64,000 bases of DNA from an uncultured candidate division Zixibacteria bacterium. GTDB taxonomy: Bacteria > Zixibacteria > MSB-5A5 > GN15 > PGXB01. Of the stretch, positions 1 to 10,073 are shown piece by piece (the first letter of the stretch is position 1; the number at the start of each line of letters is the position of its first letter). The notes under the pieces were generated by a model. The model saw only the letters and a list, made by a program, of their open reading frames with translations, made no database searches and was not told where the DNA came from. The DNA is taken from positions 2,400,001-2,464,000 of the forward strand of contig OY969724.1 of the NCBI GenBank assembly GCA_963702205.1, in the 5' to 3' direction. The position numbers and the translations under genes are program-made.

Positions 1-420
1 CTGGTCTTCCAGATCGGTGCCAACGTTGGTCAGACGGCCCAGATCAGTCTGCCCAATATGTCGGCATCGACTCTCGGTCGTTATCTGTCGGACAACATGT
101 TCACGTCGCTGTCCAATATCGACGTTACCACGTCGCAGGGTGCCCAGGATTCGCAGGCGGTCATCGATGAAGCCATCGACCAGGTTTCCGTGGTTCGTGG
201 AACTCTCGGTAGTTTCCAGAAGAACACTTTGGAATCTAACCTGAGAAACCTGCGTATCGCCTCTCAAAACCTGCAGGCTTCCGAGTCCAACATTCGTGAT
301 ACTGATATGGCTGAGGAAATGTCAAACTTCGTGAAGAATCAGATATTGCTCCAGGCCGGCACGGCTATGCTGGCCCACGGCAACCAGATTCCTCAGGTTG
401 TTCTGTCGCTTTTCCAATAG
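1..420 (+). CDS. fliC: Flagellin, C-terminal part (5' end outside window)
   Basis: Frame open from base 1 (LVFQIGANVGQT...). Flagellin C-terminal signature RGTLGSFQ...NLQASESNIRDTDMAEEM...QILLQAGTAMLAHGNQIPQVVLSL. Confidence 0.95.
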   Translation: MVFQIGANVGQTAQISLPNMSASTLGRYLSDNMFTSLSNIDVTTSQGAQDSQAVIDEAIDQVSVVRGTLGSFQKNTLESNLRNLRIASQNLQASESNIRDTDMAEEMSNFVKNQILLQAGTAMLAHGNQIPQVVLSLFQ

Positions 421-439
421 TCTGTCATAGATTCGAGAT

Positions 440-471
440 AAACCGGCGGATATTCTTCCGCCGGTTTTTTT
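440..471 (+). terminator. Intrinsic terminator after flagellin
   Basis: AACCGGCGGA-N6-TCCGCCGGTT followed by a T run. Confidence 0.85.
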
Positions 472-528
472 ATCGGCTTCGTTTCGGTCTGAAACGCCGG
501 GTATTGTAAAATATCTATTCTCACTGAC

Positions 529-555
529 TGAAATCCTCGATGAAAATGACGATAA
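529..555 (+). promoter_or_regulatory. Putative sigma28 (FliA) promoter of fliD operon
   Basis: TGAA-N15-GACGATAA versus consensus TAAA-N15-GCCGATAA, upstream of fliD. Confidence 0.55.
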
Positions 556-667
556 ATAAAGAAGATAAGGGCCCTCGGGCCGCTGATTAAAAATAACGCA
601 ATTTCGGCCGGTCGTTCCTGATAGAAGCGGGCGATACAGGTTGCGATGATTTTGCATAGGAGTAAAT

Positions 668-3019
668 ATGCCGGGTACTCAGTCCATTGAGGGTCTTGCT
701 TCCGGTCTTGATATAACCTCGATCGTAAATTCCATCATTGACGCAGAACGTCAACCGGTTACGTATCTGGAAGACGATAAGACTCTCAAAACACAGCAAA
801 TCGCGGCTTACAAAGCGATAGCGGCCAAATACCTGGCCGTGCAGACGGCGGTAGATAGGCTTAAGCGCGCCGATTCATTTCAGCAGGCGAAAATAGATAT
901 TTCCGATGATACCGTCATAACCGCCGCCGCCGATGGGGCCGTCGGCCCCGGTGCATATGCATTGCGTGTTCTGCAGGTTGCACGCAACCATCAAATTGCG
1001 TCGCAGGGCTTCGACGAGCCGACCGAGAATGTTTTCGGCACGGGTACTATAAAGATATCCACCGGCGATGCCGGACTCGCGACCATAAATATAGACGGCA
1101 CGAACAATTCACTGGTCGATATAAAAGACGCCATAAATAACGCCGACGTCGGCGTTACGGCTACTATTATAAATGACGGCACATCTTCCAATCCATACCG
1201 ACTGCTTATAACGTCCGACAAGACCGGGCTGGCCAACTCGATCAACCTGGATGTTTCACTTTCGGGCGGCCAAACTCTCGATTTCACGGGAAAATCATTC
1301 GACAATCCGGAAGAACTGTCGTTTGCTTCGGGAACGACGTCATCGGTCGCGCTGGGCGGAACCGCGTCGTACTCCGGCAGCCAGAATAAAGTATATACAT
1401 TTACGGTCGCCGGGACCGGCGAGCAGACGGTCGGGTCCGATGTCATCCAGATCGACTGGACCGACGGCACCAACTCCGGTTCGATACTTGTCACCCAGGC
1501 CGACTCGGAAGTCGAACTTATCGGTGGCGGTGCCGACGGGCTTAAACTGTCCTTCGCGTCGGGAGAACTCACGGCCGGTGATTCGTTTCAGGTCTCGACG
1601 TTCGCGCCGCTTCTGCAATCAGCCACCGATGCAAAAATCGCTATCGGCTCCGACGATCCCACGTCCGGATCGGCGATAATTATCAGTTCAGACACGAATA
1701 CATTTACGGACGTCCTTCCCGGCTTGACCTTGACCGCCAAAAAAGTAAGCGCTGCCGGAGAAAACGTTCTGATAAAGACCGACCGCGACGTTGACGGCAT
1801 AAAAACAATGGTCAACGATTTCATCGATAAGTACAACAGCCTGATGCAATTCGTCGACGATCAATTTACGTACAATGAGGATACCAAAGATACCGGCGTT
1901 TTATTTACGGAATTCACGCTGCAGGCGATGCAGTCGACGACGCGCTCTTCGACCACGTCGGTAATTCCCGGTCTGGATACCGCGTACAAAAGCCTGGGGT
2001 CGATTGGAATCCGTTCCAACGGCGACGGGCAGTTGAGAGTCGCCGATGCCGATAAATTGACCAGCGCCATTGAAGACGATTTTAGTCAGTTTCTGAATTT
2101 ATTCGTCGATTCCGGAGATTCCAGCCGGACGGGAATTTCATTCGTCTCCGCGACCAAAGATACCGTCCCGGGCGATAATTACAATGTGAACATTTCACGC
2201 GTGGCCGACAAGGGATATTTTAAAGGTGTCGAAATGGCCAACCCGTCGGTAACGCCTTTAACTCTTACGGCGAACAATAATATATTGAAACTTTTGGTCG
2301 ATGGCGTTCAGTCCAACGAAATCGCTTTAACCGAGAAAACTTATTCGTCCGGGACGGAACTGGCCGAAGAAATCCAGAAACGGATCGACGCCGACGATAA
2401 AGTCGGGTCCCGCAACGTCACGGTGGAATGGGTCGACAACGGTGACACCGGCCATTTGAAATTCAGCAGCGGTAATTATGGATCGGCTTCGAAAATAAGT
2501 CTGTCCACCAGTGCCACGAATACTGCTTTCCAGGTATTGGGACTGACAACCGGCACGGCCTACAGCGGTCACGACGTCGGGGGTACCATCAACGGGGAAA
2601 AAGCCACCGGGGCCGGTCAGTATCTTATCGGTGACAGCGGTAATACCAAGACCGACGGTCTTAAAATCAAAGTAACTTTGGCCGCTTCCGATTTGGGTGG
2701 CGGATACGAAGGCACGGTTTCTTACGTTCGGGGTTTGTCATCGAACATGAGTAAGACGCTTACTAATATTACTGACAGCATCGACGGTTCCATCGCCCGC
2801 CGGACCGACGCTTTGCAAAAGCAGATCGACGACATCGACGAGCAAATCGCCTATTATGACGACCGGCTCGCAGCCCGCCGGGATATGTTGTATACGAAAT
2901 TCCAGGCAATGGAAGATGCTCTGGCGCAGTTTCAGTCGCAGTCGTCATATCTAAGTTCACAGCTGTCGCAGGTAAGCAGTAACTTTAATACGACCTCCTC
3001 GTCATCGTCGAGTAATTGA
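668..3019 (+). CDS. fliD: Flagellar filament cap protein FliD (long, 783 aa)
   Basis: N-terminal GLASGLDITSIVNSIIDAERQP; C-terminal helix LYTKFQAMEDALAQFQSQSSYL; lies between flagellin and fliS; RBS AGGAG. Confidence 0.93.
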   Translation: MPGTQSIEGLASGLDITSIVNSIIDAERQPVTYLEDDKTLKTQQIAAYKAIAAKYLAVQTAVDRLKRADSFQQAKIDISDDTVITAAADGAVGPGAYALRVLQVARNHQIASQGFDEPTENVFGTGTIKISTGDAGLATINIDGTNNSLVDIKDAINNADVGVTATIINDGTSSNPYRLLITSDKTGLANSINLDVSLSGGQTLDFTGKSFDNPEELSFASGTTSSVALGGTASYSGSQNKVYTFTVAGTGEQTVGSDVIQIDWTDGTNSGSILVTQADSEVELIGGGADGLKLSFASGELTAGDSFQVSTFAPLLQSATDAKIAIGSDDPTSGSAIIISSDTNTFTDVLPGLTLTAKKVSAAGENVLIKTDRDVDGIKTMVNDFIDKYNSLMQFVDDQFTYNEDTKDTGVLFTEFTLQAMQSTTRSSTTSVIPGLDTAYKSLGSIGIRSNGDGQLRVADADKLTSAIEDDFSQFLNLFVDSGDSSRTGISFVSATKDTVPGDNYNVNISRVADKGYFKGVEMANPSVTPLTLTANNNILKLLVDGVQSNEIALTEKTYSSGTELAEEIQKRIDADDKVGSRNVTVEWVDNGDTGHLKFSSGNYGSASKISLSTSATNTAFQVLGLTTGTAYSGHDVGGTINGEKATGAGQYLIGDSGNTKTDGLKIKVTLAASDLGGGYEGTVSYVRGLSSNMSKTLTNITDSIDGSIARRTDALQKQIDDIDEQIAYYDDRLAARRDMLYTKFQAMEDALAQFQSQSSYLSSQLSQVSSNFNTTSSSSSSN

Positions 3020-3020
3020 T

Positions 3021-3458
3021 ATGAAGACAAAAATAAACGAATACGTTAAGACCGGCACCGAAGGCAATTCCCAGGTCGAGCTGATCGTAAAAGTCTATAA
3101 CGGCGCGATAAATAATTTATCTCAAGCCCGACAATTGATAAATACCGGAGACATAGTGAAAAGCTATCAGGCTCTGGAAGACAGCAAAAATTTTCTGGTT
3201 CATCTTTATACCACTCTGGACATGGAAAACGGCGGCGAGATCGCGAAAAACCTGTCGAGTTTGTACGGATTTCTCATTAATGAAATTAATATCGTGCAGG
3301 CCAGCCGGGATGTAAAACAGCTCGATGAGATTATAGCTATCATAGCCAACGTTAAGGATGGCTGGGTGGAACTGTCTCAGCGTGGAAAGATGCAAAAGAA
3401 AGAGAATAAAGAGGTCGTAACGGCCGACGTCAATAAAAGTTTGTCCATTTCTGCATGA
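3021..3458 (+). CDS. fliS: Flagellin export chaperone FliS
   Basis: ELIVKVYNGAI...LDMENGGEIAKNLSSLYGF...VKDGW pattern; follows fliD. Confidence 0.9.
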   Translation: MKTKINEYVKTGTEGNSQVELIVKVYNGAINNLSQARQLINTGDIVKSYQALEDSKNFLVHLYTTLDMENGGEIAKNLSSLYGFLINEINIVQASRDVKQLDEIIAIIANVKDGWVELSQRGKMQKKENKEVVTADVNKSLSISA

Positions 3459-3470
3459 AAGGCCAACAGC

Positions 3471-3923
3471 ATGGAAACCAACCAAATAACGAAAATGGAA
3501 CGTGAACTGGCATTTATATTGAAAGAGGAATATTCTTTTTATCAATCGCTCTATATCCTAATTGATAAACAAAAGGATATGGTGAAGTACGAAAAGGACG
3601 ACAAATTACTCGACCTCTATACGGAAGTACAAAGATGCCAGCAGAGGATCATTAAATCCGAAGAAAAATTAAGCGCGCTCAAAGAAAAGAATCCGAAGTT
3701 TTTCCAACTGGCTTCTTCCGCTCCTGAAATTCGCAAACTGGTCAACAGCATAATCACATTGATTAAGAAGAATATTACGCTGGTCAAGGAAAACGAACAG
3801 TACTTAAAAAGCCGCCACGGACGCATCCTGACCGAACTGGAACAGCTTAAGAATTCGAGCAAGATCATGCAGTACGTGCACGAAGGAGACCCGTCGCCGC
3901 AGTTCGTCGACGGCAAAAATTAA
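3471..3923 (+). CDS. Helical flagellar chaperone-like protein (FlgN/FliT-like)
   Basis: 150-aa coiled-coil-like protein after fliS; family assigned from context only. Confidence 0.45.
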   Translation: METNQITKMERELAFILKEEYSFYQSLYILIDKQKDMVKYEKDDKLLDLYTEVQRCQQRIIKSEEKLSALKEKNPKFFQLASSAPEIRKLVNSIITLIKKNITLVKENEQYLKSRHGRILTELEQLKNSSKIMQYVHEGDPSPQFVDGKN

Positions 3924-3970
3924 TTAATACACCGCTTTGACGGCAAACCAAATTGGATTTGGAGGGCAGA

Positions 3971-4198
3971 ATGGGAATCGAACGAGCCCCTCGGGAAAAT
4001 GGGAAAGAGACCGCCAGAATTGAGGCGATCAGAAAACGAATCGAAAACGGATTTTATGAAACCTCGATTTTTAAAGAGCAATTGGCCGATATCTTAATGG
4101 AAAGAGAAGAAATATTCGGGGAGACTGAAATCGGCGTCGACGATGAAAATATCCGCAAGGAATTGGCGCTGGAATTATTCGATGATTTCGAGGAATAA
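3971..4198 (+). CDS. Small protein with FlgM-like anti-sigma28 C-terminal motif
   Basis: RIEAIRKRIENGFYE...LADILME resembles the FlgM sigma-binding helix; GGAGG RBS before ATG 3971. Confidence 0.5.
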   Translation: MGIERAPRENGKETARIEAIRKRIENGFYETSIFKEQLADILMEREEIFGETEIGVDDENIRKELALELFDDFEE

Positions 4199-5142
4199 TG
4201 AAATCCCGGATAAAACCGGGAGAATATAATATAAAGGCTAGAGTTATGGCATTAACGGCATTTGACCCCAATATCGAAAAAAGGATAGACCAGATTATCG
4301 GCGGAATACGCAATCTTCCGACACCACCAATTGTATTCGAGCAGATCCAAAAAGTTATCAACGACCCCGAAGCGTCATCGGCCAAGATAGCGAAGATTCT
4401 TGGCGAGGATGCGGCTATGTCGGTTAAAGTATTGAAACTGACCAACTCCGCTTTTTACGGTTTGTCGCGCGAGGTCGAATCGGTCAAGCACGCGGTGACG
4501 ATCATTGGGCTTGAAGCGGTGAGAAATCTGGTTTTATCGGCCTCGGTCCTTAATATGTTCAAATCCGATAGCGCCAACCGTGAGTTTCACGAAGAATTCT
4601 GGCGTCACAGCCTGGCGACCGCCGTCGCGGCCAGACTTATAGCACAAAAATACAAAAATGGCACCGTGTTTAACCCTGACCCGGCTTTCACATCGGGTCT
4701 GGTCCACGATATCGGGCGTATCGTTATCTGCTGTTTCCTGCCAGCGGATCATGCCAAAATCATGGATGAGCTGCGGTGCATGCCGGAGCTTCTGGTGCAC
4801 GAAGCGGAAGAAAAAGTTCTCGGCTTTAATCACGCCCACCTCGGAAGTCATTTGATAACCAGCTGGAAACTGCCGGACCGTATGGCCGATGCCATCGCGT
4901 TTCATCATATCCCCAACGAAGAGAACGAAAGCCATAATTATGCACATCTGGTTTGTCTGGCCAACCATCTGGCTCACATATGTTTCCCGCCCGATGCGAC
5001 CGAAGCCTCACATTTCATGCTGCCGACCGGCGTCATGGAATTCTTTGACCTGGATGAAATCGGTCTTGAAGCGTTGAAAGGCGAGCTTTTGGAAGAATAC
5101 ATGAAAGCCGAGACGTTTATGAAAATGGCGGGCATCGGATAG
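4198..5142 (+). CDS. HDOD domain signalling protein (start possibly 4246)
   Basis: LPTPP...KVLKLTNSAFYG...FWRHSL...GLVHDIGR...NHAHLG...WKLP...AIAFHH. Confidence 0.9.
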   Translation: MKSRIKPGEYNIKARVMALTAFDPNIEKRIDQIIGGIRNLPTPPIVFEQIQKVINDPEASSAKIAKILGEDAAMSVKVLKLTNSAFYGLSREVESVKHAVTIIGLEAVRNLVLSASVLNMFKSDSANREFHEEFWRHSLATAVAARLIAQKYKNGTVFNPDPAFTSGLVHDIGRIVICCFLPADHAKIMDELRCMPELLVHEAEEKVLGFNHAHLGSHLITSWKLPDRMADAIAFHHIPNEENESHNYAHLVCLANHLAHICFPPDATEASHFMLPTGVMEFFDLDEIGLEALKGELLEEYMKAETFMKMAGIG

Positions 5143-5164
5143 GCCGAAACCAAAGCATCTTCTG

Positions 5165-5206
5165 AGCCGGGCAAATATAACTGGATTTGCCCGGCTTTAT
5201 TTTTTA
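5165..5206 (+). terminator. Intrinsic terminator
   Basis: AGCCGGGCAAAT-N8-ATTTGCCCGGCT followed by a T-rich tract. Confidence 0.8.
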
Positions 5207-5241
5207 TAATCTGCCAGTGTTATATTAACTTCGGAGGCCCA

Positions 5242-6132
5242 CTGGCTAAGAAAACGTTTTATATCATAGATGTTTTCGCGGAAGCGAAATATTCCGGTAA
5301 TCAGTTGGCGGTATTCCGTAATGCCGAGGGTTATACCGACCGGGTTATGCAGAAAATAGCCCGGGAAATGAACTTCTCCGAAACGACTTTTATATATGAT
5401 AAACGGAATAAAGACGGCTCATTTCGCGTCCGTATTTTTACCCCGGCACGCGAAGTGCCTTTTGCCGGGCATCCGACCATCGGTACCGCTTTTGTAATAG
5501 TAAAGGAAATCCTGAGGTCAAAGACGGCGCGGGTCGACTTGAAACTCAAGGTCGGCAAGATACCGGTGGACGTGCAGTACGATGGACGTAAGGTTGATAT
5601 TTTAACCATGCGACAGGTCCAGCCGGGTTTCGGGCGAATTGTCAAGTCGGCCGAAGTTGCGCGGATTCTAAATTTGGCGGAGAAAGATATCAGCCGGCGG
5701 TTCCCATGCGTTGAGGTCTCGACCGGTATGCCCCATCTTATCATTCCACTTAACGGCCTCGATGCCCTGAAAAAATGCCGGGTGAGTAAAGAATTGTACG
5801 AACGTCTCATCAAAAGGATCGACGCCAAATCGCTTTTCGTTTTTAGTACGGAACCGTATTCGAAAGGTAATGATATAAGTGCCCGCTGTTTCCCGATATT
5901 TTACGGCATCGAAGAAGACCCCGCCACCGGCTCGGCCAACGGTTGTCTGGCGGCCTATCTTTCCAAATATGAGGTTTTCGGTTCCGCTGACGTCGATGCC
6001 CAAGTCGAACAGGGTTTCGAGATAAACCGCCCGTCGAAGCTGTATATTAAGGCTTCTCCCGCTGATAAAGGCCGGATCGACGTTACCGTCGGCGGCAAAT
6101 CCGAATTGATCGCCAGAGGTGAATTTCTGTAA
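5242..6132 (+). CDS. PhzF family isomerase (probable CTG start)
   Basis: In-frame extension upstream of the ORF-track start gives FYIIDVFAEAKYSGNQLAVF. Also NFSETTF, RIFTPAREVPFAGHPT and EDPATGSANG. Confidence 0.88.
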   Translation: MAKKTFYIIDVFAEAKYSGNQLAVFRNAEGYTDRVMQKIAREMNFSETTFIYDKRNKDGSFRVRIFTPAREVPFAGHPTIGTAFVIVKEILRSKTARVDLKLKVGKIPVDVQYDGRKVDILTMRQVQPGFGRIVKSAEVARILNLAEKDISRRFPCVEVSTGMPHLIIPLNGLDALKKCRVSKELYERLIKRIDAKSLFVFSTEPYSKGNDISARCFPIFYGIEEDPATGSANGCLAAYLSKYEVFGSADVDAQVEQGFEINRPSKLYIKASPADKGRIDVTVGGKSELIARGEFL

Positions 6133-6179
6133 TTTATGATACAGGCGACTGATGGCCTGATATCGCAGAGCACGATTGT

Positions 6180-7220
6180 ATGGACATATCTCTTTTTGAT
6201 TATAAGCTGCCCGATGGGCGTATCGCGTACTATCCGGCTCCTCGCCGCGATGGTTCCAAACTCCTCGTGGTTGACCGGGAGTCTGGAAATTTCAAGCACC
6301 GCAAATTTCCGGCAGTACTGGATTATATGGAGCCCGGCGACGGGTTGGTCGTCAATAATACGATGGTTTTCAAGTCGCGCCTGATCGCCCGGCGCGAAAC
6401 CGGGGGCAAGGTCGAAATCTTCCTCCTCGGAGAAACCAAATTCGGAAACAAGGTCTGCTGGGAGGTCCTGACGCATCCTACCCGGCGGATCAAAGAGGGC
6501 GAGAAGATCCTCTTCGACGATGGTGCCGCTTTTGAAATTATCGCTAAACTCCCCACCGGGCGAACCATGATAAAATTCAAGAGCCGCAAAGATGCCGATA
6601 AGATCATCAAAAAACACGGCCATATCCCGCTGCCGGTATATATCCATCGACCCGACGAAAAACGAGATGAAAACCGCTATCAGACGGTGTATGCGCAGGA
6701 CCAAAAGGCCAAAGCCGTCGCGGCCCCTACCGCCGGGCTGCATTTCACTCACTCGATGATCAAGAGAATCGAAGAAAAGGGAATAAAGATCATTCCGGTC
6801 ACGCTGCATGTCGGCTATGGCACTTTCAAGACCGTAAAGGCCAAAAGTATCGAAGATCATTCGGTCGATGGAGAGTATGCCGAGATATCCAGGACATCGG
6901 CCAACGCTATCAATAAGATCAAACGGACCGGGGGAAAGATTTTCGCGGTGGGGACGACGTCGGTACGTACGTTGGAATCGGCCCCGCACGTTAAAGGGGC
7001 CATTCAGCCGTTTTCAGGCATCGTTGATTTGTATATATATCCGCCATATAAATTCAAGACCGTCGACCACATGATCACGAATTTTCATCTGCCCAAATCG
7101 TCGCTGCTTTTTCTTGTCTCGGCTTTCGCCACCCGCGAATTGATCCTCAAAGCCTACTATGAGGCGATCCGGGAAAACTACCGCTTTTACAGCTATGGCG
7201 ACTGCATGCTGATTTTGTAA
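6180..7220 (+). CDS. queA: S-adenosylmethionine:tRNA ribosyltransferase-isomerase
   Basis: FDYKLP, GHIPLPVYI, RYQTVYA, AAPTAGLHF, LHVGYGTF, TNFHLPKS, YRFYSYGD. Confidence 0.97.
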   Translation: MDISLFDYKLPDGRIAYYPAPRRDGSKLLVVDRESGNFKHRKFPAVLDYMEPGDGLVVNNTMVFKSRLIARRETGGKVEIFLLGETKFGNKVCWEVLTHPTRRIKEGEKILFDDGAAFEIIAKLPTGRTMIKFKSRKDADKIIKKHGHIPLPVYIHRPDEKRDENRYQTVYAQDQKAKAVAAPTAGLHFTHSMIKRIEEKGIKIIPVTLHVGYGTFKTVKAKSIEDHSVDGEYAEISRTSANAINKIKRTGGKIFAVGTTSVRTLESAPHVKGAIQPFSGIVDLYIYPPYKFKTVDHMITNFHLPKSSLLFLVSAFATRELILKAYYEAIRENYRFYSYGDCMLIL

Positions 7221-7244
7221 AATGTCTTTCGACCAGTCCTTTTA

Positions 7245-7943
7245 ATGAATATATTGAGCCGCATGGAAAACGTGGCGCTGATAGTCGCGGCGGGGCGCGG
7301 CATCCGGTTCGGGGGAGAAACGCCCAAGCAGTTTCGGCCGATCGGCGGCCGCCCGCTTTTGTCGTGGGCCATACAGGCTTTCGAATCCGCACCGATAATA
7401 ACCGATATCGTTCTGGTCGTTTCACAGGACTTTTTACTTTTTGCCAATGAACAGGTGGTCAATCCTTTTGGTTATAAAAAGGTCCGCAAGATCGTGGTCG
7501 GCGGCGAAACCAGAAACGAATCGGTTCGAAACGGCCTCAAATCGCTGCCCATTTCGACCCGCTTAGTAGCGATTCACGATGGCGCGAGGCCGGTTATATC
7601 GTCCGAAGATATCGAGCGCGTGGTAAAAGAGGCAATAACCAACCGTGCCGCCATATTGGCTCGCTCCGCCACCGATACGGTCAAACGGGTGGAAAGAGCG
7701 TTTATACTGGCGACATTGGATCGTACGAAGATATACCTGGCCGAAACGCCGCAGGTCTTTCAGTACGATCTAATCATGTCGGCCTTTGAAAAGACGAACG
7801 GAGGAGACGACGCCACCGACGACGCTTCACTCGTGGAGAAGCTCGGCTTCAAAGTTAAAATAGTCGAACCGAAACACATGAATATAAAAGTCACGGGCGA
7901 GACGGACCTGATTCTGGCGAGGAAACTGCTCGATGAACGATGA
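7245..7943 (+). CDS. ispD: 2-C-methyl-D-erythritol 4-phosphate cytidylyltransferase (start possibly 7263)
   Basis: AAGRGIRFG..PKQF, GGETRNESV, IHDGARP, TPQVF, TDDASLVE, NIKVT. Confidence 0.95.
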   Translation: MNILSRMENVALIVAAGRGIRFGGETPKQFRPIGGRPLLSWAIQAFESAPIITDIVLVVSQDFLLFANEQVVNPFGYKKVRKIVVGGETRNESVRNGLKSLPISTRLVAIHDGARPVISSEDIERVVKEAITNRAAILARSATDTVKRVERAFILATLDRTKIYLAETPQVFQYDLIMSAFEKTNGGDDATDDASLVEKLGFKVKIVEPKHMNIKVTGETDLILARKLLDER

Positions 7944-8454
7944 TTATAAAAAATTCCGGGTTGGCTCGGGTTATGATTCTCACCGGTTCGTGAAAGGCCG
8001 CCCGCTGGTGCTGGGCGGAGTAATCATTCCGTGCGACTATGGTCTCGACGGCCACAGCGACGCCGATGTTTTATTGCACGCCCTCGCCGACGCCCTGCTG
8101 GGAGCGGCCGGACTGCCCGATATAGGCACTCAGTTTCCCGACACCGATGCCAAATTTAAAGACGCCAAATCGACCTTGCTCCTGGCCGAAGTTTTCAAAA
8201 TGATAGTCGCCCGGGGTTATCGGATAATAAACATCGATGCTACCGTCATAGCTGAAGAGCCGAAAATGGCCCCGCACATTCCGGTTATGAAGAAAAAGAT
8301 CGCGCGAATTATCCTTATCGATGAAGATGCCATTTCCATCAAAGCCAAATCCAATGAAAGCATGGGCTTCATCGGTCGGAGGGAGGGTATTGCGGTGATG
8401 GCGACGGTTCTGATATTCAAAGACGATGGAACATTCATTACACCTGATAAATGA
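7933..8454 (+). CDS. ispF: 2-C-methyl-D-erythritol 2,4-cyclodiphosphate synthase
   Basis: RVGSGYDSHRF, GHSDADVLLHALADALLGA, DIGTQFPD, GFIGRREGIA. Confidence 0.96.
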   Translation: MNDDYKKFRVGSGYDSHRFVKGRPLVLGGVIIPCDYGLDGHSDADVLLHALADALLGAAGLPDIGTQFPDTDAKFKDAKSTLLLAEVFKMIVARGYRIINIDATVIAEEPKMAPHIPVMKKKIARIILIDEDAISIKAKSNESMGFIGRREGIAVMATVLIFKDDGTFITPDK

Positions 8455-9061
8455 GATTCTCGACGAGCTTTTCGCCTATGGCCCGTTCTGGATATATATC
8501 GCCATCGGCGTCTCATCGTATATAGAGAATATATTCCCACCGTTTCCCGGCGATTTCGTGACTATCACCGGTGGAGCGCTCGCCGCGGCGGGACGGCTCG
8601 ATGTCGCCTGGGTTTTTTTCGTGGCCTATGCCGGTGGTATCGGTTCGGCTATGACCGTCTATTATCTCGGACGAAGATTCGGCCGGAGCTTCTTCATAGG
8701 CAAAAATTATAAGTACTTTTCAGCCAACGACATCAAGAACATGGAAGCCTGGCTGAATCGGCGCGGGACCCTTCTCATGCTATTCAATCGTTTCGTGGTC
8801 GGTGCCCGAACCGTTATAATGCTCGCCGCCGGGATTGGCAATTATAAGGCATTCAGGGCGTTTGCGCTTATTTCTATTTCTTTTTGGCTTTTCAACGGAT
8901 TATTATTATTCAGCAGCCATTTGTTTATTGTTAATTTTGACACCATCGCGCATTATTTTCATCTGTATGAAAGAATAATGTGGCCGGTGATTATAATTAT
9001 CATGGTGGCCATTATTGTTAAGAAAATTCATGGAATGAAAAAGAATGGCAGGAAAGTATAA
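8426..9061 (+). CDS. DedA family membrane protein
   Basis: IENIFPPFPGD, YYLGRRFG and RFVVGAR motifs; hydrophobic. Confidence 0.88.
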   Translation: MEHSLHLINEILDELFAYGPFWIYIAIGVSSYIENIFPPFPGDFVTITGGALAAAGRLDVAWVFFVAYAGGIGSAMTVYYLGRRFGRSFFIGKNYKYFSANDIKNMEAWLNRRGTLLMLFNRFVVGARTVIMLAAGIGNYKAFRAFALISISFWLFNGLLLFSSHLFIVNFDTIAHYFHLYERIMWPVIIIIMVAIIVKKIHGMKKNGRKV

Positions 9062-10073
9062 AATTCTGGTACTGGCCGGGGGCACGTCGGAAGAACGTCA
9101 GGTGTCCCTGACTTCGGCCAGGTCGATAATCGAAAGCCTCCAAAGATCGGGCCATGAATACGCCGCTATCGACACCGCCGACGGTAAGTCACTTCTCGAT
9201 AACAACGGCCGCTTTCTCTTCCAGACCGATGAAAAGTCCGAAAGCAAACTGGCCACGAAACAAGCTTCCACGACGGCCCTGATGAAATCAATCGGCTCAG
9301 CGGATTATCGCAACTACGATCTTGTACTTATCGCGCTCCACGGCGGCGCGGGCGAAAACGGCTCTCTTCAGGCCCTGCTCGATTTGGCCGGTTGGAAATA
9401 CTCCGGTTCCAACATGCTCGCTTCGGCGGTTTGCATGAATAAAGCGTTTACCAAAGAAATAGTCAGGGCCAAAAAGATTCCCACCGCCGTCTGGCAACTT
9501 CTGAAAATACGCGATATTGCAGCGATAGAAAAATATGCTGAATCAATGAAGCAGGAATTTAAACTCCCGCTTATTATAAAACCCAACAGTTCCGGCTCGA
9601 CCGTCGGACTGACTCTCGTCAAAGACTGGAACCAGCTACCCGAGGCTCTGCGCCTGGCAAACGAATTTGGCGCCGACGTGCTGGTCGAAAAATACATCAA
9701 AGGCCGCGAAATTACCGCAGCCGTCTTGAACGGCCATGCCTTGCCACTGGTCGAAATAGTCCCGACCAACGAGCTGTATGACTACCAGTGTAAGTACACC
9801 AAAGGGAAATCGAATTATATCTGCCCGGCCCCGATCGACAAAGACCTGACTCCCGTTATTCGGGCTATGGCCGAAAGGGCCTATAAGACCATCGGCTGCG
9901 CCGGCCTGGCCCGGGTCGATTTTATTCTCGGCGTAGGAAACCAGCCGGTCTTTCTCGAAGTCAATACACTACCGGGCATGACCGAACTCTCTCTGGCTCC
10001 GATGGCCGCGAAAGAAGCGGGCATAAGCTTTGATGAATTAATTGATGAAATCTGCAAGGCTGCTTTGATTTGA
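9045..10073 (+). CDS. ddl: D-alanine--D-alanine ligase
   Basis: GGTSEERQVSL, LHGGAGENG, IKPNSSGST, YDYQCKY, ARVDF, LEVNTLPGMT. Confidence 0.95.
   Translation: MAGKYKILVLAGGTSEERQVSLTSARSIIESLQRSGHEYAAIDTADGKSLLDNNGRFLFQTDEKSESKLATKQASTTALMKSIGSADYRNYDLVLIALHGGAGENGSLQALLDLAGWKYSGSNMLASAVCMNKAFTKEIVRAKKIPTAVWQLLKIRDIAAIEKYAESMKQEFKLPLIIKPNSSGSTVGLTLVKDWNQLPEALRLANEFGADVLVEKYIKGREITAAVLNGHALPLVEIVPTNELYDYQCKYTKGKSNYICPAPIDKDLTPVIRAMAERAYKTIGCAGLARVDFILGVGNQPVFLEVNTLPGMTELSLAPMAAKEAGISFDELIDEICKAALI

Noticed and set aside
588..614. Alternative sigma28 promoter TAAA-N15-GCCGGTCG
   Set aside because: Its -10 match is weaker than that of the site at 529..555.
5140..5244. TAG readthrough fusing the HDOD and PhzF genes (same frame)
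   Set aside because: A terminator lies between them, and PhzF has its own RBS.
5955..6989. 344-aa minus-strand ORF and similar long antisense ORFs (e.g. 35450..36406, 16446..17147, 32220..32900)
   Set aside because: They are shadows of well-supported genes on the opposite strand.
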